A stretch of 63,764 nucleotides of DNA, counting the filler, from Octopus bimaculoides (taxonomy: Eukaryota), in assembly GCF_001194135.2 (NCBI RefSeq). It is 3 parts of 3 records of this genome, joined end to end, with 100 filler letters (N's around TTAATTAATTAA, not from the genome) between each part and the next. Parts side by side here need not be neighbours in the genome. Positions count along the whole stretch, not along the records: positions 50,741 to 63,764 come from NC_069002.1; 2 more parts are not named here. One strand, 5' to 3'. A program made the translations under genes and the position numbers. Numbering within the stretch: position 1 is the stretch's first letter; every line of letters begins with the position of its first letter. Shown piece by piece: positions 50,741 to 63,376 of the stretch. The notes beneath the pieces are model-generated. The model was not told the DNA's origin. It saw only the letters and a list, made by a program, of their open reading frames with translations, and ran no database searches.

Positions 50741-51879
50741 TTTTCTACGTATTTCGCCAAAAAGATTCCTAAAGAAACGTGAAAAATTGGGTGGGGAAAT
50801 TAAAATTTTTAAATACCGATTTTTTTTTTTAATGCAGATTAGGAATATCCGCAGTCGAAAAAGTGGGTTTCTGTAGAAAAAGCACCCCCCAAAAAACTCA
50901 AAGGGAGTGCGGTCCATGTGCTTTACCTCCGCCCAGGGCTTTAAGAACGCCATATAAACCCTCATAACATTATATATAATTTTTGGAATTACCAGACAAT
51001 TTTTTGCGAATTTGTATTCTACACACGAGACTTCATACGGTTATGCAAAAAAAAACAAAGAAAGAAATTGTAGGGTTACGTGATTTAAGGGCTATTTACC
51101 TGTTATTTTTAGCACGCCTCACAACCACCTCGATGACAAAAAAAAACAAGTAGACAACACGTATTTTATAGTTTAAGCAGTAAATATGCATTTAATGCGA
51201 TAAACAGCACATTACAAATTAAACATTTCTCAAAATAAGAAACTTATAGCACAAAGTTAAGATTTATCCAAAAACAAAATAGCACATTACAAATTGAATA
51301 TTTCTTAAAAAACAAACATCTCCAATCTTAACTGGATAATGGAGTAAGTCCTCCGCACGGATGTAGGACAAACTCCATCTAGGACAAAACCTTCTCAGAC
51401 AAAACGCCCATAGTTAAAGTGTGAAAGTGGACAAAACCCCCTCCGTTATATTTTTCGGTTATTTTTCGCTTTTTTCCCCCTTTTACTTTTTTCTGTCATT
51501 TGTCGGTGGCCATACTGGGGTACTGCCTTGAAGATTTTTAGTTGAATGTATCGACCCTAGAATTCTTTTTTCTTTTTTACTTGTTGCAGTTATTAGACTG
51601 CGACCATGCTGGGGCACTACCTTGCAGTCTTTTTAGACGACTGCATGGAACCCAGAATTTTTTTTTAAGTCAAGTCAAAACCATCTCAGTGATATATTTG
51701 TTTTTTTTTCTTTTTGTGTGTGCTTTTTCTTTTTCTCCTTTGTACTTGTTAAATCATTAGACTGCAGTAATGCTGGGGTACCGCCTTGAAGAATTTTGAC
51801 AACAGAACACGATCACATTTGATATATATCCAATGTTTACTGTTGATTTCAGTTCCAATTGTTCATTTCCGACAGGCCG

Positions 51880-53332
51880 TTTTAAACTCAGAGTGCTGAA
51901 TCAACTTTTCCTCCTAGGTGTTGTAACCGATCCTAACAGCACCTCACCATTTATTCCGATCCAGAGCATCAGTTTCCTAATCACTTTTATTCATATCTAG
52001 TTCCCTCAGGTTTTCCTTCACACAGTCTTTATACCTTTTCCTTAGCTTGTGTTGAGGTCGCTTCCCAGAATTGAGCTTACCATAAAAAAAGACACCTTAG
52101 CAATCGCTCATATTTCATTCTAATAACATGTCCAGCCCATCTCATTTGAGCCAAAATGACATGTTGTTCAATTGAGCTACAACGTGTCATGTGCAAAACC
52201 TGTTTCTTTTATGAAACATTCCTGCTTGACTCCTAAAATATGTCTGAGGCACTTTTGGTGAAATCTCTCCAGCATTTTCATATATCGCCTGTGAGTGGCC
52301 CATGTCTCACTCGAATAAGAAGTGCAGTCAATACACATGTTTTATAGACAATGAATTTTGTCTGCAAAGAAATACCTCTATCACCCCATACTCGCCCTTC
52401 CAGCTTTCCAAATGCAACACTTCCTTTCCATATTCGATAGTATATCTCTGCATTAAGACTACCATCTCTTGACAGTGAGCTTCCAAGGTAAACAAAAGTG
52501 TCGATGACTTCTAACCTTGTTCCATTCACAAAGATGTTTGGTTCAGAGTATGTTTGTCCTGGCGCGGGAGTAAACAATTAATCTTGGTAAAACCAAAGTA
52601 AAGTAATGAGTCCAAAATGTACATACGCAGTGGAAAATTTGTCCATTATATGTTGCATGCCCTCCTCGGAGTGTACCAACAAATCAGCATCATCTACACA
52701 AAGCAATTCTCTGACAAGAGTTTCGAAAGTCTTTGCTTTGCAGGTAAACCAGGTAAAATTTAAAATGCAACCAGATGTCCGAGATCTGATTTCAGTTCCC
52801 CTGTTGCAATCATCGAAGGCACACTAAAGTAATACAGCAAAATAGAGAAAAATGTAGGGACAAGAATATCTCCCTGTTTGACACCGTTGTCCACCGAAAA
52901 TTCCTGAGGTAGCTCACCTGAGCTTTCACCTGAGCTTTCATATTTCCATGTAGTTCCTTAAAGACGTGTAAAAAAATGTGTCGGACAGCCAAGTTTAAAC
53001 AAACCGATCCACAGCGCTTTCCTGTTTACCGTGTCAAATGCCTTAGTTAAATATATGAAGACCCGGTATAGTGGCATTTGTTCCTCTAAGAATTTCTCAT
53101 GAACCTGCCTCGTAGAAAATATCATATCCATTGTTTCTCGCTCAAATCTGAAACCACACGGTTCCTCGGGAATCACATGTGGACATATATTTTCAAAGAG
53201 ACGATCTAACATGATCCTTGAATGTATCTTCCCCGTATGTGCCAGGAGAGTCATCCCTCTAGAATTACCACACACTGATTTACCCTTGTATATAGAGATT
53301 AGAACGCCATTTATCCATTCCTGTGGCACCAA
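51880..53332 (-). mobile_element. Degenerate RTE-clade LINE (RT domain and 3' region)
   Basis: ORF pieces VPQEW...CGNSRGMTLL...PEEPCGFR...KAFDTVNRKALW...GCP, then ELLCVDD (decayed YADD) and LEVIDTFVYLGSSLSRDG; frameshifted. Confidence 0.9.
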
Positions 53333-53824
53333 AAATTTGCCTGCAGGAGCAGTGTGTCACCTGCAGTGGCAAAAGTGTTACTAGTCTGCAAGAGCGGTGG
53401 GTCGCTTGCAGAGACAAGAGCCTGTAAGAGCGGTGAATCGCTTGCAGAGGTCGTAAGATGAATGCATTAAACACAGGAAGAATGAAGCCTGCAAAAGATG
53501 ACGTGCAAGTGTAACTGCTGAAGCACTGTGAAATAACACTGATTGCAGAGTCTGATATAGTCTCCCACAGCAAAAGCTCTGCATCGGAGACTGAGTGTGC
53601 AAGGTAAGGTACTGAGTAGAGCGTCTCACAGCGTCAAAAGGTATATTACAGAATGGTTGCAAGAGCAAAAATAATGCTACACAATGAACAAAAAAGAAGA
53701 AAACATGCAAAATGTACACGAACGTAATGCTAAACACAAGAATTAGTTCACATTGTTTTTAATGTTCTTGTCGGTTAACTGAGAAAGAATAAACTATAGT
53801 GGAATAGAGTTGCAATCTGTATCA

Positions 53825-53893
53825 AATGGCGGCTGGCGGGAAAATATGTATACTCAAGTGCATAGAACACTATAAAGTCGAAGAAGACAAGTC
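53825..53893. promoter_or_regulatory. Two opposed YY1-like motifs (AAATGGCGGC on +, CCAAGATGGCGAC on -) in a locally CpG-richer patch
   Basis: Both match the YY1 core AANATGGCG. Promoter function is inferred only. Confidence 0.3.
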
Positions 53894-54475
53894 GCCATCT
53901 TGGATATTGTATGAAAATATTTACACACATGAGTTCAACCGAGAATGCTCAGTGCTGCGTGTAGAAACTCTCTTTGTTTTATTTTTTATTTTAGTGAATA
54001 GTTCATCATGAAATATTCCCACGCTAGGACACCAATTTAGTAGAGGAGTTAGTTAAGCGAGAACATTTTTCCCTTAATTTTTTTTGTTTTTTTGTTTTTT
54101 TCTTTCTTCTATATAAATTCAAGAAAACGATGAGCCATCTTCAATTTTTCTCTCACCTATTTCTTTCTATTTTTATTACTCTATAATTAATTGTAAACGT
54201 ATATCTATATTGTTTATGCGTGTACATGTGTGTGGGTGAGTTTGTGTAAAGGTATGTGTCTATATATGCATCAGTGGAGGCGNNNNNNNNNNNNNNNNNN
54301 NNNNNNNNNNNNNNNNNNNNNNNNNNNNNNNNNNNNNNNNNNNNNNNNNNNNNNNNNNNNNNNNNNNNNNNNNNNNNNNNNNNNNNNNNNNNNNNNNNNN
54401 NNNNNNNNNNNNNNNNNNNNNNNNNNNNNNNNNNNNNNNNNNNNNNNNNNNNNNNNNNNNNNNNNNNNNNNNNNN

Positions 54476-54830
54476 AGCAGACTCGCGGTCATAGGATCAC
54501 GGTTTCGATTCCCAGACTGGGCGTTGTGAGTGTTCATTGAGCGAAAACACCTAAAGCTCCACGAGGCTCCGGCAGGGGATGGTGGCGAACCCTGCTGTAC
54601 TCTTTCACCACAACTTTCTCTCACACTTACTTCCTGTTTCTGTTGTGCCTGTAATTCAAAGGGTCAGCCTTGTCACACTGTGTCACGCTGAATATCCCCG
54701 AGAACTACGTTAAGGGTACACGTGTCTGTGGAGTGCTCAGCCACTTGCACGTTAATTTCACGAGCAGGTTGTTCCGTTGATCGGATCAACTGGAACCCTC
54801 GTCGTCGTAAGCGACGAAGTGCCAACAAAC
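54476..54830 (+). mobile_element. Young tRNA-like-headed SINE (family E), copy 1
   Basis: B-box-like ggtttcgattccc near the 5' end; GC- and CpG-rich body; near-identical reverse copy at 55431-55711. Confidence 0.8.
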
Positions 54831-55174
54831 AAACATATATGCATCTATATGCATGTATGTGAGAGGAGAGTGTATGTGCGTGAATATGCAGTCATGCATG
54901 AAAATATTTCACTGGACACAAAATCGCACACGATAAAATTCTTTCACTTAAAACTTTGATTCAGAACAAAATTTCGATGGCGTCACAGTGACAAGCTACA
55001 TCTCAACCAACTGTAAAAGAATGTGATCACTCAAAGACAAAGAATGACATTCCAGCACTGGACGACAACACTAAAAATAAGCGGTATACTACTGCTTCCT
55101 TAAGATAATCCATAATTCTTATATCTGGATATAAATGAGACTTTCTTCACTTCACTTATTTTTTCCACATTATG

Positions 55175-55175
<1 letters not shown>

Positions 55176-55270
<95 letters not shown>

Positions 55271-55275
55271 CACAC
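55176..55275. repeat. (CA)n microsatellite
   Basis: Directly visible; explains the HTHT/VCVC ORFs. Confidence 0.95.
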
Positions 55276-55430
55276 ACAAATATACACAAATACACACATA
55301 CAAGCACAAACACACACACGTATGTATGTATGTATGGATGTATGTATGTATGTATGTATGTAAACACACATACATATTCATAACTATATATATACATAGA
55401 CTCAACAAGTGAAATCCAGTGATGTTCAAT

Positions 55431-55711
55431 TGTTGTTTGCGCTCCGTCGCTTACGACGTCGAGGGTTCCAGTTGATCCGATCAACGGAACAGCCTGCTCG
55501 TGAAATTAACGTGCAAGTGGCTGAGCACTCCAGAGACACGTGTTCCCTTAACGTAGTTCTTGGGGATATTCAGCGTGACACAGTGTGACAAGGCTGACCC
55601 TTTGAATTACAGGCACAACAGAAACAGGAAGTAAGAGTGAGAGAAAGTTGTGGTGGAAGAGTACAGCAGGGTTCACCCCTGCCGGAGCCTCGTGGTGCTT
55701 TAGGTGTTTTC
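55431..55711 (-). mobile_element. Young SINE (family E), copy 2, inverted relative to copy 1
   Basis: Reverse complement matches about 54543-54830 with few substitutions; the 5' part is lost in an N-gap. Confidence 0.8.
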
Positions 55712-56069
55712 NNNNNNNNNNNNNNNNNNNNNNNNNNNNNNNNNNNNNNNNNNNNNNNNNNNNNNNNNNNNNNNNNNNNNNNNNNNNNNNNNNNNNNNNN
55801 NNNNNNNNNNNNNNNNNNNNNNNNNNNNNNNNNNNNNNNNNNNNNNNNNNNNNNNNNNNNNNNNNNNNNNNNNNNNNNNNNNNNNNNNNNNNNNNNNNNN
55901 NNNNNNNNNNNNNNNNNNNNNNNNNNNNNNNNNNNNNNNNNNNNNNNNNNNNNNNNNNNNNNNNNNNNNNNNNNNNNNNNNNNNNNNNNNNNNNNNNNNN
56001 NNNNNNNNNNNNNNNNNNNNNNNNNNNNNNNNNNNNNNNNNNNNNNNNNNNNNNNNNNNNCTTATTTTA

Positions 56070-56372
56070 GAACATGGTTGAGTCCATAAAATAGGATTTG
56101 ACTACACCTCCATTTAGAGCACAGTTTAAGCTATCTTTTCGTGGAAGAAGGTTTATGTTCCTATAACCTGTGTTAATTCTGTAACCCTTTTAAAATGGAA
56201 GATAAGAAAGTTCATTTTTGGCACTTGATGCTTTTCTTTTTCCGCAAAGGGAAAAATGCCTCACAAGCAACCAAAGAAATATGCACAGTTTACGGTGATG
56301 TTTCTTTATCCGAAAGAACGGTACGGAAGTGGTTCGCAAGGTTCCGAGCTGGAGATTGTAGCCTTATTGTTA
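56070..56372 (+). mobile_element. Mariner 5' end and transposase N-terminus
   Basis: MEDKKVHFWHLMLFFFRKGKNASQATKEICTVYGDVSLSERTVRKWFARFRAGDCSL, a mariner paired-like HTH; the similarity stops abruptly at about 56372. Confidence 0.9.
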
Positions 56373-56384
56373 AAGAGCGATGGT

Positions 56385-57040
56385 AGTGGGTATAGATATT
56401 TAGGGATTTGGGAGCTGGATGACATTTTACACAGAGAAAGGAAAGTCAAGGTCAGTGAGGCATATCAAAAAAAGGGTGAAAATGGTGTTGAAATCCAACC
56501 TGAATGCCAAAAATTTGATTACCGCAATGAATATCTGGGCAGTTGTGGTGGTCAGATATAGTGCATCCATCCTCAAATGGACTAAGGAGGAAATATCAAC
56601 ACTGGATAGAAGGACTAGAAAGTTGATGACGCTGCATGGGGTGTTACACCCTAAAGCAAACGTAAAGAGACGTATGAAAAGAAAGAATGGTGGCAGTGGA
56701 CTAATTAGTATAGACCGTTGTATAAGGAGTGAAAGGAGAACGCTTGCCGAGCATTCGATAAATAGTGATGAAGACCTGCTGCAATATGCCGCAAAAGATA
56801 TGAGTGTAAATGCAGATGAAGTGATAGGAAAGGAAGAGTTTAACCAAAGAGCTGAGGAGAAGAGAAAAGAAGACCTTCTTGAAATGAGAATGCATAGACG
56901 GTTTGAAAGGAATACACAAGACGTTAAGGATAATACAGCATCGTGGGCATGTCTTGAGCGAGGTGATTTGAAGCGTAACACCGAAAGCCTGATCATTGCT
57001 GCATAAGACCAGGCTCTCGCTATCAATTCAGTGAAGTATA
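56385..57040 (+). mobile_element. R4/Dong-like (RLE-type) non-LTR retrotransposon fragment
   Basis: NLITAMNIWAVVVVRYSASILKWTKEEISTLDRRTRKLMTLHGVLHPK...GG.GL...WACLERGDLKRNTESLIIAA*DQAL, typical of the post-RT region of R4/Dong-type elements. Confidence 0.75.
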
Positions 57041-57401
57041 ACATCAATAAAACTTCTGATACACAGGAATAACAATAACTACAACGAGGAAAAGAGAAAT
57101 TCAAATTGATGTCACGAGCGTTTCAGTAAACCAATATTTTTTTTTTCCATACAACATATATAGATATGTAATAAATACAATATATGTAATATGAACTATG
57201 TTTGTCTATAGTTATATGTGGCTATGGTTTTGTATATACTCACGTGTTAGAGGATGTCTGTGTGTATTTAAATACATTCATTTATACACTGTTGTATCTA
57301 CGAGATTTAAGCCAGCATAGTCTATGTAAATGTTTGTAAAGAACATGAAGACATATTTGTGTATATATACAAGAAAACATAAGCATGTATTTATATTTAT
57401 G

Positions 57402-57410
57402 TGTGTGTGT

Positions 57411-57507
<97 letters not shown>

Positions 57508-57515
57508 TCTGTGTG
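57402..57515. repeat. (TG)n microsatellite
   Basis: Directly visible; another (TG)n tract at about 60196-60286. Confidence 0.95.
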
Positions 57516-57569
57516 TGTATTGTATGTGTATGTATACAGTTTTCTTATGATGAAAGCTAAAAGACGGTT

Positions 57570-58194
57570 TACTCTTTAACGTTTAAAGACGCTAATTTTA
57601 TGCATCATAAGAAAGATTGGGAATATGTTTTCCGAGGGAGATATTTTTCTGCAATGTTAACGTGTATAAACTGTGGTTAAGCAATGACCAGCTTCCAGAA
57701 GCTGTAGCCAAATATGGGCATTTCAAATACAACGTGATGCTTTGCGTCGGGTGAAATTACGAGGGGATCATTCACTGAGTTTGTTTCGGACGGTCGAAGC
57801 ATCGATGGCAGTCTGTACATCGAACAGCTGGAGCGGATGTATTGTGGCAAAAATACTCGGTATTGGTTAACGGAAAGCGAACTCTTCTGGAACAAGGCAA
57901 CGCAAGACCTCATACCACTCGAACGACTCGGAATAAACTCCAGGAACTTGAGGAATGGAACTGATGCCACAGTCAGCATAAAAACCAGACCTAGTTTCCT
58001 CGGACTATAACTTGTTCCAATCAATGGCTCACTTCCTGCGCTAGCGACGCTTCATCAACCGAGACGAGGTGGAATTTTCAGTGAAAGAGTTCTTCGCCTC
58101 CAAAGATAAGAACTGGTATCAGCGCGGGATCGCAGAACTGGCGAAAAGGTGGCTTCAGATGGTGCAGCACGATGGCCTCTACTTTGAATGCTAG
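57570..58194 (+). mobile_element. Mariner transposase catalytic/C-terminal relic
   Basis: Decayed DD34D region: LLEQGNARPHT...PDLVSSDYNLFQSMAHFL...EFFASKDKNWYQRGIAELAKRWLQMVQHDGLYFEC*. Confidence 0.9.
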
Positions 58195-59316
58195 GCTGCT
58201 TTTGTAACCGATGGAGAAAGCAAATAAGTTACCAAAATATTAGTTTAAAATTTTGAAATAAGGCCACCAAGTTCGCGGGAGGGAGTAACTAGATTGCATC
58301 AACCCAAGTACTTATTTTATCAAAACCGAAAAAGTCGATCACAGCGGAATCTGAACTCAGAACGCAAAGACGAACGAAATGCCGCTAAGCATTTTGTCCG
58401 GCGCGCTAACGATTCTGCCAGCTTGCCACCTTAAGTTACTCATGTAAGATAAATGTCCTACTAGAGTAATTACAAGATACCCAGAGAAGTATTAAAATGT
58501 TCAAGCCTTCACTTAGATAATTTCATGCGAGTGTCTCCCTTTCAATAATTCTACAACTTTCATTCAAAGATAATACAGAACACATTATTTGAAAAATTGT
58601 AGGCACTAAATATAAAAGAGTGACTTTCCCTTTATAGTTATAAGTTCCCTGGTTGATTACTTAATGCGTTCCCTAAGTTACAGAGAGTTCCCTAAGTTAC
58701 AGAAGACAACAATGTTCATATCTTTTCATTGGCCTATTCAACTTATTTTCATTGAACACATTCTTTCATTGTACGCTTTTTCGACCGCATATTTCACTTA
58801 TTTTCATGAAGAGAGAGAAAGACTGATGTTAGAGATTTTATCACTATATCAAATATCTATGCAGAAGTCGTCAGTGCGTATCAAGCTTTTATTCAAAGTC
58901 TTGAGTTTCCTCGCGAGAAATTCCATGAAGATGCTACAAAATAGTCGGAGCGAATATGCTACTTTGTCTCAGGTCCAGGCGTACTTCAAACCAACTTTTC
59001 AACTGACCAGCCATTGCATTTCTATATAGCACTTTTATTATTTTTATTTTTCTGAGAGACCTATAACTATTGCCATCATAATCTTCTGCAGGTCGTGTCG
59101 AATATAGTTTAACAGTCAATGAACTTAAAGAGTAGAATTTTATTTCAATTATCAAATCTGTTAATAAAAAATGACCAGGGTAAAATTCTTTTCGATTGTT
59201 CAATTTTATTTTTTATTCTGTCAAGGAGGATTTGAGAAAGTGTTGCTAGAATCAGATCTTCACACGTAGATATGTGTCTTACATGATGGAAATGAAATAT
59301 ATTTGTAATATAACGA

Positions 59317-59712
59317 GGCGTAGGAGTGGCTGTGTGGTAAGTAGCTTGCTTACCAACCACATGGTTCCGGGTTCACTTGGGCAAGTGTCTTCTACTATAG
59401 CCTTGGGCCGACCAAAGCCTTGTGAGTGGATTTGGTAGACGGAAAACTGAAAGAAGCCCGTCGTATATATGTATATATATGTATGTATGTGTGTGTATAT
59501 GTTTGTGTGTCTGTGTTTGTCCCCCCGACATCGCTTGACAACCGATATTGGTGAGTTTACGTCCCCGTAACTTAGCGGTTTGGCAAAAGAGACCGATAGA
59601 ATAAGTACTAGGCTTACAAAGAATAAGTCCTGGGGTCGATTAGCTCGACTAAAAAGGCGGTGCTCCAGCATGGCCACAGTCAAATGACTGAAACAAGTAA
59701 AAGAGTAAAAGA
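59317..59712 (+). mobile_element. tRNA-derived SINE, full-length young copy (family C here)
   Basis: Head ggagtggctgtgtggtaag...ggttccgggttca (A/B-box-like), central ttgggcaagtgtcttctactatagcc, AT/GT microsatellite, tail ccagcatggccacagtcaaatgactgaaacaagtaaaagagtaaaagag; many homologues in the window. Confidence 0.8.
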
Positions 59713-60076
59713 GGGGAAAAAAGCAGAAATAACCCCGATTAAATGAAAAGTGCTTTAGTATAAATTCAAGTTGTCTGTTCCACTAATTTTATTTTTTTAT
59801 TTTTATCTTATTTTCCTATCATCGGATCCTTAGAAATGTTGTTCATTTTTTAAACCATTAATTGATATATTCATGTTTTAATTTGCTCTTTATATTTCTT
59901 TATTTCTATTCGTCATTCACCATGCGAATAAACAGCAATTTCTCTGTCACGCTTTCAGTTTATTACTGAACTATTTTTACACTCATCTCAACAAAGTGCT
60001 CTGAGCTGTAGCAGTGAGTAAGTTAGCGACGGAAAGATGAGTAAGTGAATGAGTGAGAGAGCGTGTGATTCAGTGA

Positions 60077-60119
<43 letters not shown>

Positions 60120-60191
60120 GAGAGAGGAGGAGAGAGGGATTGTTGCATCGAGTTAAGTCATCTTTATTTTACGTTTTTCTGCATGACAGTC

Positions 60192-60288
<97 letters not shown>

Positions 60289-60702
60289 CTGTGTGTAAGT
60301 ATGATTGTTTGTATGTGCACCTGTGTCATTGTATGTGCATCTGTGTCATTGCGCCTCCACACTTCAGATGTATAAACCTTACTTCAGTAACAGGAAAAGA
60401 ACTGGCTCTTCTTGGTGGAGAAAAGCCCTATAATAAAGAACTTTCTTCCTCTGCTAACCAGATTTAACATTTTCTGGACGCCACTGGCAAAACGCTGTTT
60501 CTACCAGCCCTTCAAATGAGCACCGACATTGATTTTTCACATACTCTCGAGTACGAAACCAACTAGTAAAACTGGTTGATACAGATCTATAATAATAATC
60601 AATAAACTCAATCTACTGATAAATTATACTAGTAGACATTTTTACTGTTTCATGAATCTTTAGACGACAATGCACACGCTCTTTCTCTCTCCCTCTCTCT
60701 CC

Positions 60703-60755
<53 letters not shown>

Positions 60756-60979
60756 GCACACATATGTATGTATGTCTGTATGTCTGTATGTATGTATGTA
60801 TAATTATGTCTTTAGTGCTACTGGTAACATGTAATCCAGTACAACCTGTTGCATGATCGGATCGTCGGCGACTAAACTGGCAACCTCACCAGGCTTGTTT
60901 GGTGAGCAGGTGATTGTTGGACACCCAGCGGGATGAAAAAGAAGACCCGTCAAAGGGCGGAGGAACTCATGAGCAGTCA

Positions 60980-61790
60980 ACGGCATTTGAACCAACTCTA
61001 AATGACATTTATTTAGCTGTGAATAAGCTGAATAACAATATTCTCCAGGGTCTGATGGAATCTGTGCAGAAGTCTTGAAATATGGGGTGACAAAATGTTT
61101 GAACTCTTAAACATATTAATTCGTCACTGTTGGAGAACTGAGAAAGTACCTCAAGACTAGATTGATGCCAATTAGTCTCCTTGTATAAATTGGGGCCAAA
61201 GGACCTGTGTGGTAATTTTCGTGGGATTTTGCTTTTGTCTGTCGTTGGAAAGGTACTTGTCCGCATTCTGTTAGAATGTTTAAATACCTTCATAGTTTTA
61301 AATATGGTGTCTGAGTCTCATTGTGGTTTTCGTTCTTCCAGGGGCACAGCTGATTTTATCTTTACTATCAGACAATTGCAAGAAAAGTACATTGAACAGA
61401 ATCTTGCTTTATACTATTGCTTTGTTGATTTGAGCAAAGTATTCGATACTGTTAATCGAAATGCTTTGTGTTAATTCTAAGGGAAATAGGTTGCCCAGAG
61501 AAATTTGTAAAAATGATCAAGACTTTTCATCAAGATATGAAAGCTAGAGTTAATTTTGGTGGTAGGCTCTCTAAATTTTTTGCCGTAGAAAATGAAGTTA
61601 AGCAAGGAGACCTAGATGTACCCACTCTCTTTGCAATATACTTTGCTGTTATGCTGTCACATGCTTTTCAAAACTCCGAGAAGGGTACTTACATAAAATA
61701 TCGAACAACAGGGAATGTTTTTAATCTGACCAAACTGAAATTCAAAACGAAGGTTTTTACTTCATTTATTAAGGAACTCTTATACGATGG
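60980..61790 (+). mobile_element. Degenerate RTE-clade LINE RT fragment, 3'-truncated near the catalytic motif
   Basis: PGSDGICAEVLK...CGNFRGILLLSVVGKVL...SESHCGFRSSRGTADFIFTIRQLQEK...FVDLSKVFDTVNR...GCPEKFV...VKQG...PTLFAIYF...ELLYD. Confidence 0.9.
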
Positions 61791-61991
61791 AGGCATAAAA
61801 TGCGGGAGGGAAATCATAACAGCAGTATCTAATGAGAAATGTGTAGATGGACTTGATAGATTAATGGGTGATGTCTTAGAGAAATCACATTATTGTTGGT
61901 AATACAGCATTCTATTGAAGCTATATGACATGTGTTTGTGACTAAGTGACATGTGATGACGATTCACTCCCGAACTGAAATAGGCTCTCAC

Positions 61992-62049
61992 CCTCTGTAT
62001 CATGAATGGTTATGCAGACTACAACGAAAGCCAGAGCTTCCTTCGACCA
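61992..62049 (-). other. Candidate small exon of an unidentified minus-strand transcript
   Basis: tttttgtgtag|TGGTCGAAGG...ATGATACAGAGG|gtgaga; an upstream strong donor AAGAG|gtaagt at 62421/62420; no recognisable protein. Confidence 0.3.
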
Positions 62050-63296
62050 CTACACAAAAAATATTAAGACAAAGATGTTATTTAGAAATACTTCTATTTT
62101 AGTTGTTTACACTATTTTACGCTTGTTTATACTCTTATACATTCAAAGTTCACAAATTTCTTTATTTAAATTATGAATCATATTCCTTTCGATAATATCA
62201 ATATAATTACAAAACTTCTTTGTAGACGATATTTTCTGTTTGGTCGACACTAATTTTCAAATTACTGGAGTCCGTTGCTCTACTCATAGCGACGTATAAC
62301 TTGCTGTGTGTAAACATCGGAGTGGGTAAAAATACACCTACACGGTCTGGCCCTGTGCTTTATTTGCTGTGAATGCACGAGCGCAATCTTTAGGGTTGCA
62401 AAAATCAGACTAAGACTTACCTCTTACAGTTCTGTGCAAATAATGTCTGGATGTTGTGATAGCATGGGTTATTTTGATTGACGAAACTGAGATGTAAACA
62501 ACAGCCGCTTCGATTAGACGTTTCGAATCCTGCCTGAGACTGATACATTTCAATAACCACTAAATAAACACACAGACTTTCTCCATTTTATTCTCGCTAT
62601 TAATAGTCCTCGCGACCCCCTACGATGGGGCCACGAACTATACGATGAAAATCCAGAGTTACTAGTGGTCGGTGAATTTTTAATAAAAATGCGAAGATGG
62701 TTTATCAATTCAAAAATCGGTATCTACGAAATAATCATAATTTATGAGTTGGTTTAATGCTAAAAACCTTCCTGACGACCGACTTTGTGATCCCGAAAAA
62801 TATCGTAACCACTGGTCCAGCCGTCTGGCCGTGAAGTGGGAACAGACAAGGAGACGAACAAAACAGGCGGGCAGACAAACGGACGCAATGCCCATAATAG
62901 TAAGAGGTGAGGACCAGCTGGTTACTAATTCAATTCGTCCTCCCTGCAAGCGTTACATTCTGGATGCGTAGCAGAATCGAATAATAGAGATTGTCTAAGC
63001 CTGCTTGCAAGTGTCAGATGGTTACAAATATGTGTACGCGTGCGTATGCGTGTGTGCATGTGTGTGTGTGCGCGCGCGTATACATATAAATGAATACAAA
63101 GAAAGAAAGAAAGAAAGAAAGAAAGAAGAATATGCTTATTTATTGGTCAAACAGGGCTGAACACAGAGGGGACAAAATACAAAGTAGAGCTTTTCTTTTT
63201 GGGAAGAGAAGGAAAAGAAAAAAAAGAAAAGGGGGGGGTAGAAATTCGATCAAAGGGGATCGTTAAAAGCGAAACGATCAATAGGGATCAGAAAAA

Positions 63297-63329
63297 TAGA
63301 TAGATAGATAGATAGAGAGAGAGATAGAG

Positions 63330-63376
<47 letters not shown>
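63297..63376. repeat. (TAGA)n / (GA)n compound microsatellite
   Basis: Directly visible. Confidence 0.9.

Noticed and set aside
55100-55484. HTHT/VCVC repeat ORFs (also 57330-57579, 60183-60467)
   Set aside because: Translations of (CA)n/(TG)n microsatellites, not His- or Cys-rich proteins.
58664-59203. Overlapping 121-aa (+) and 89-aa (-) ORFs in unique sequence
   Set aside because: No recognisable domain, composition or convincing splice pattern.
59317-59380. tRNA-like heads as tRNA genes
   Set aside because: No complete cloverleaf; they run into SINE bodies present in many copies.
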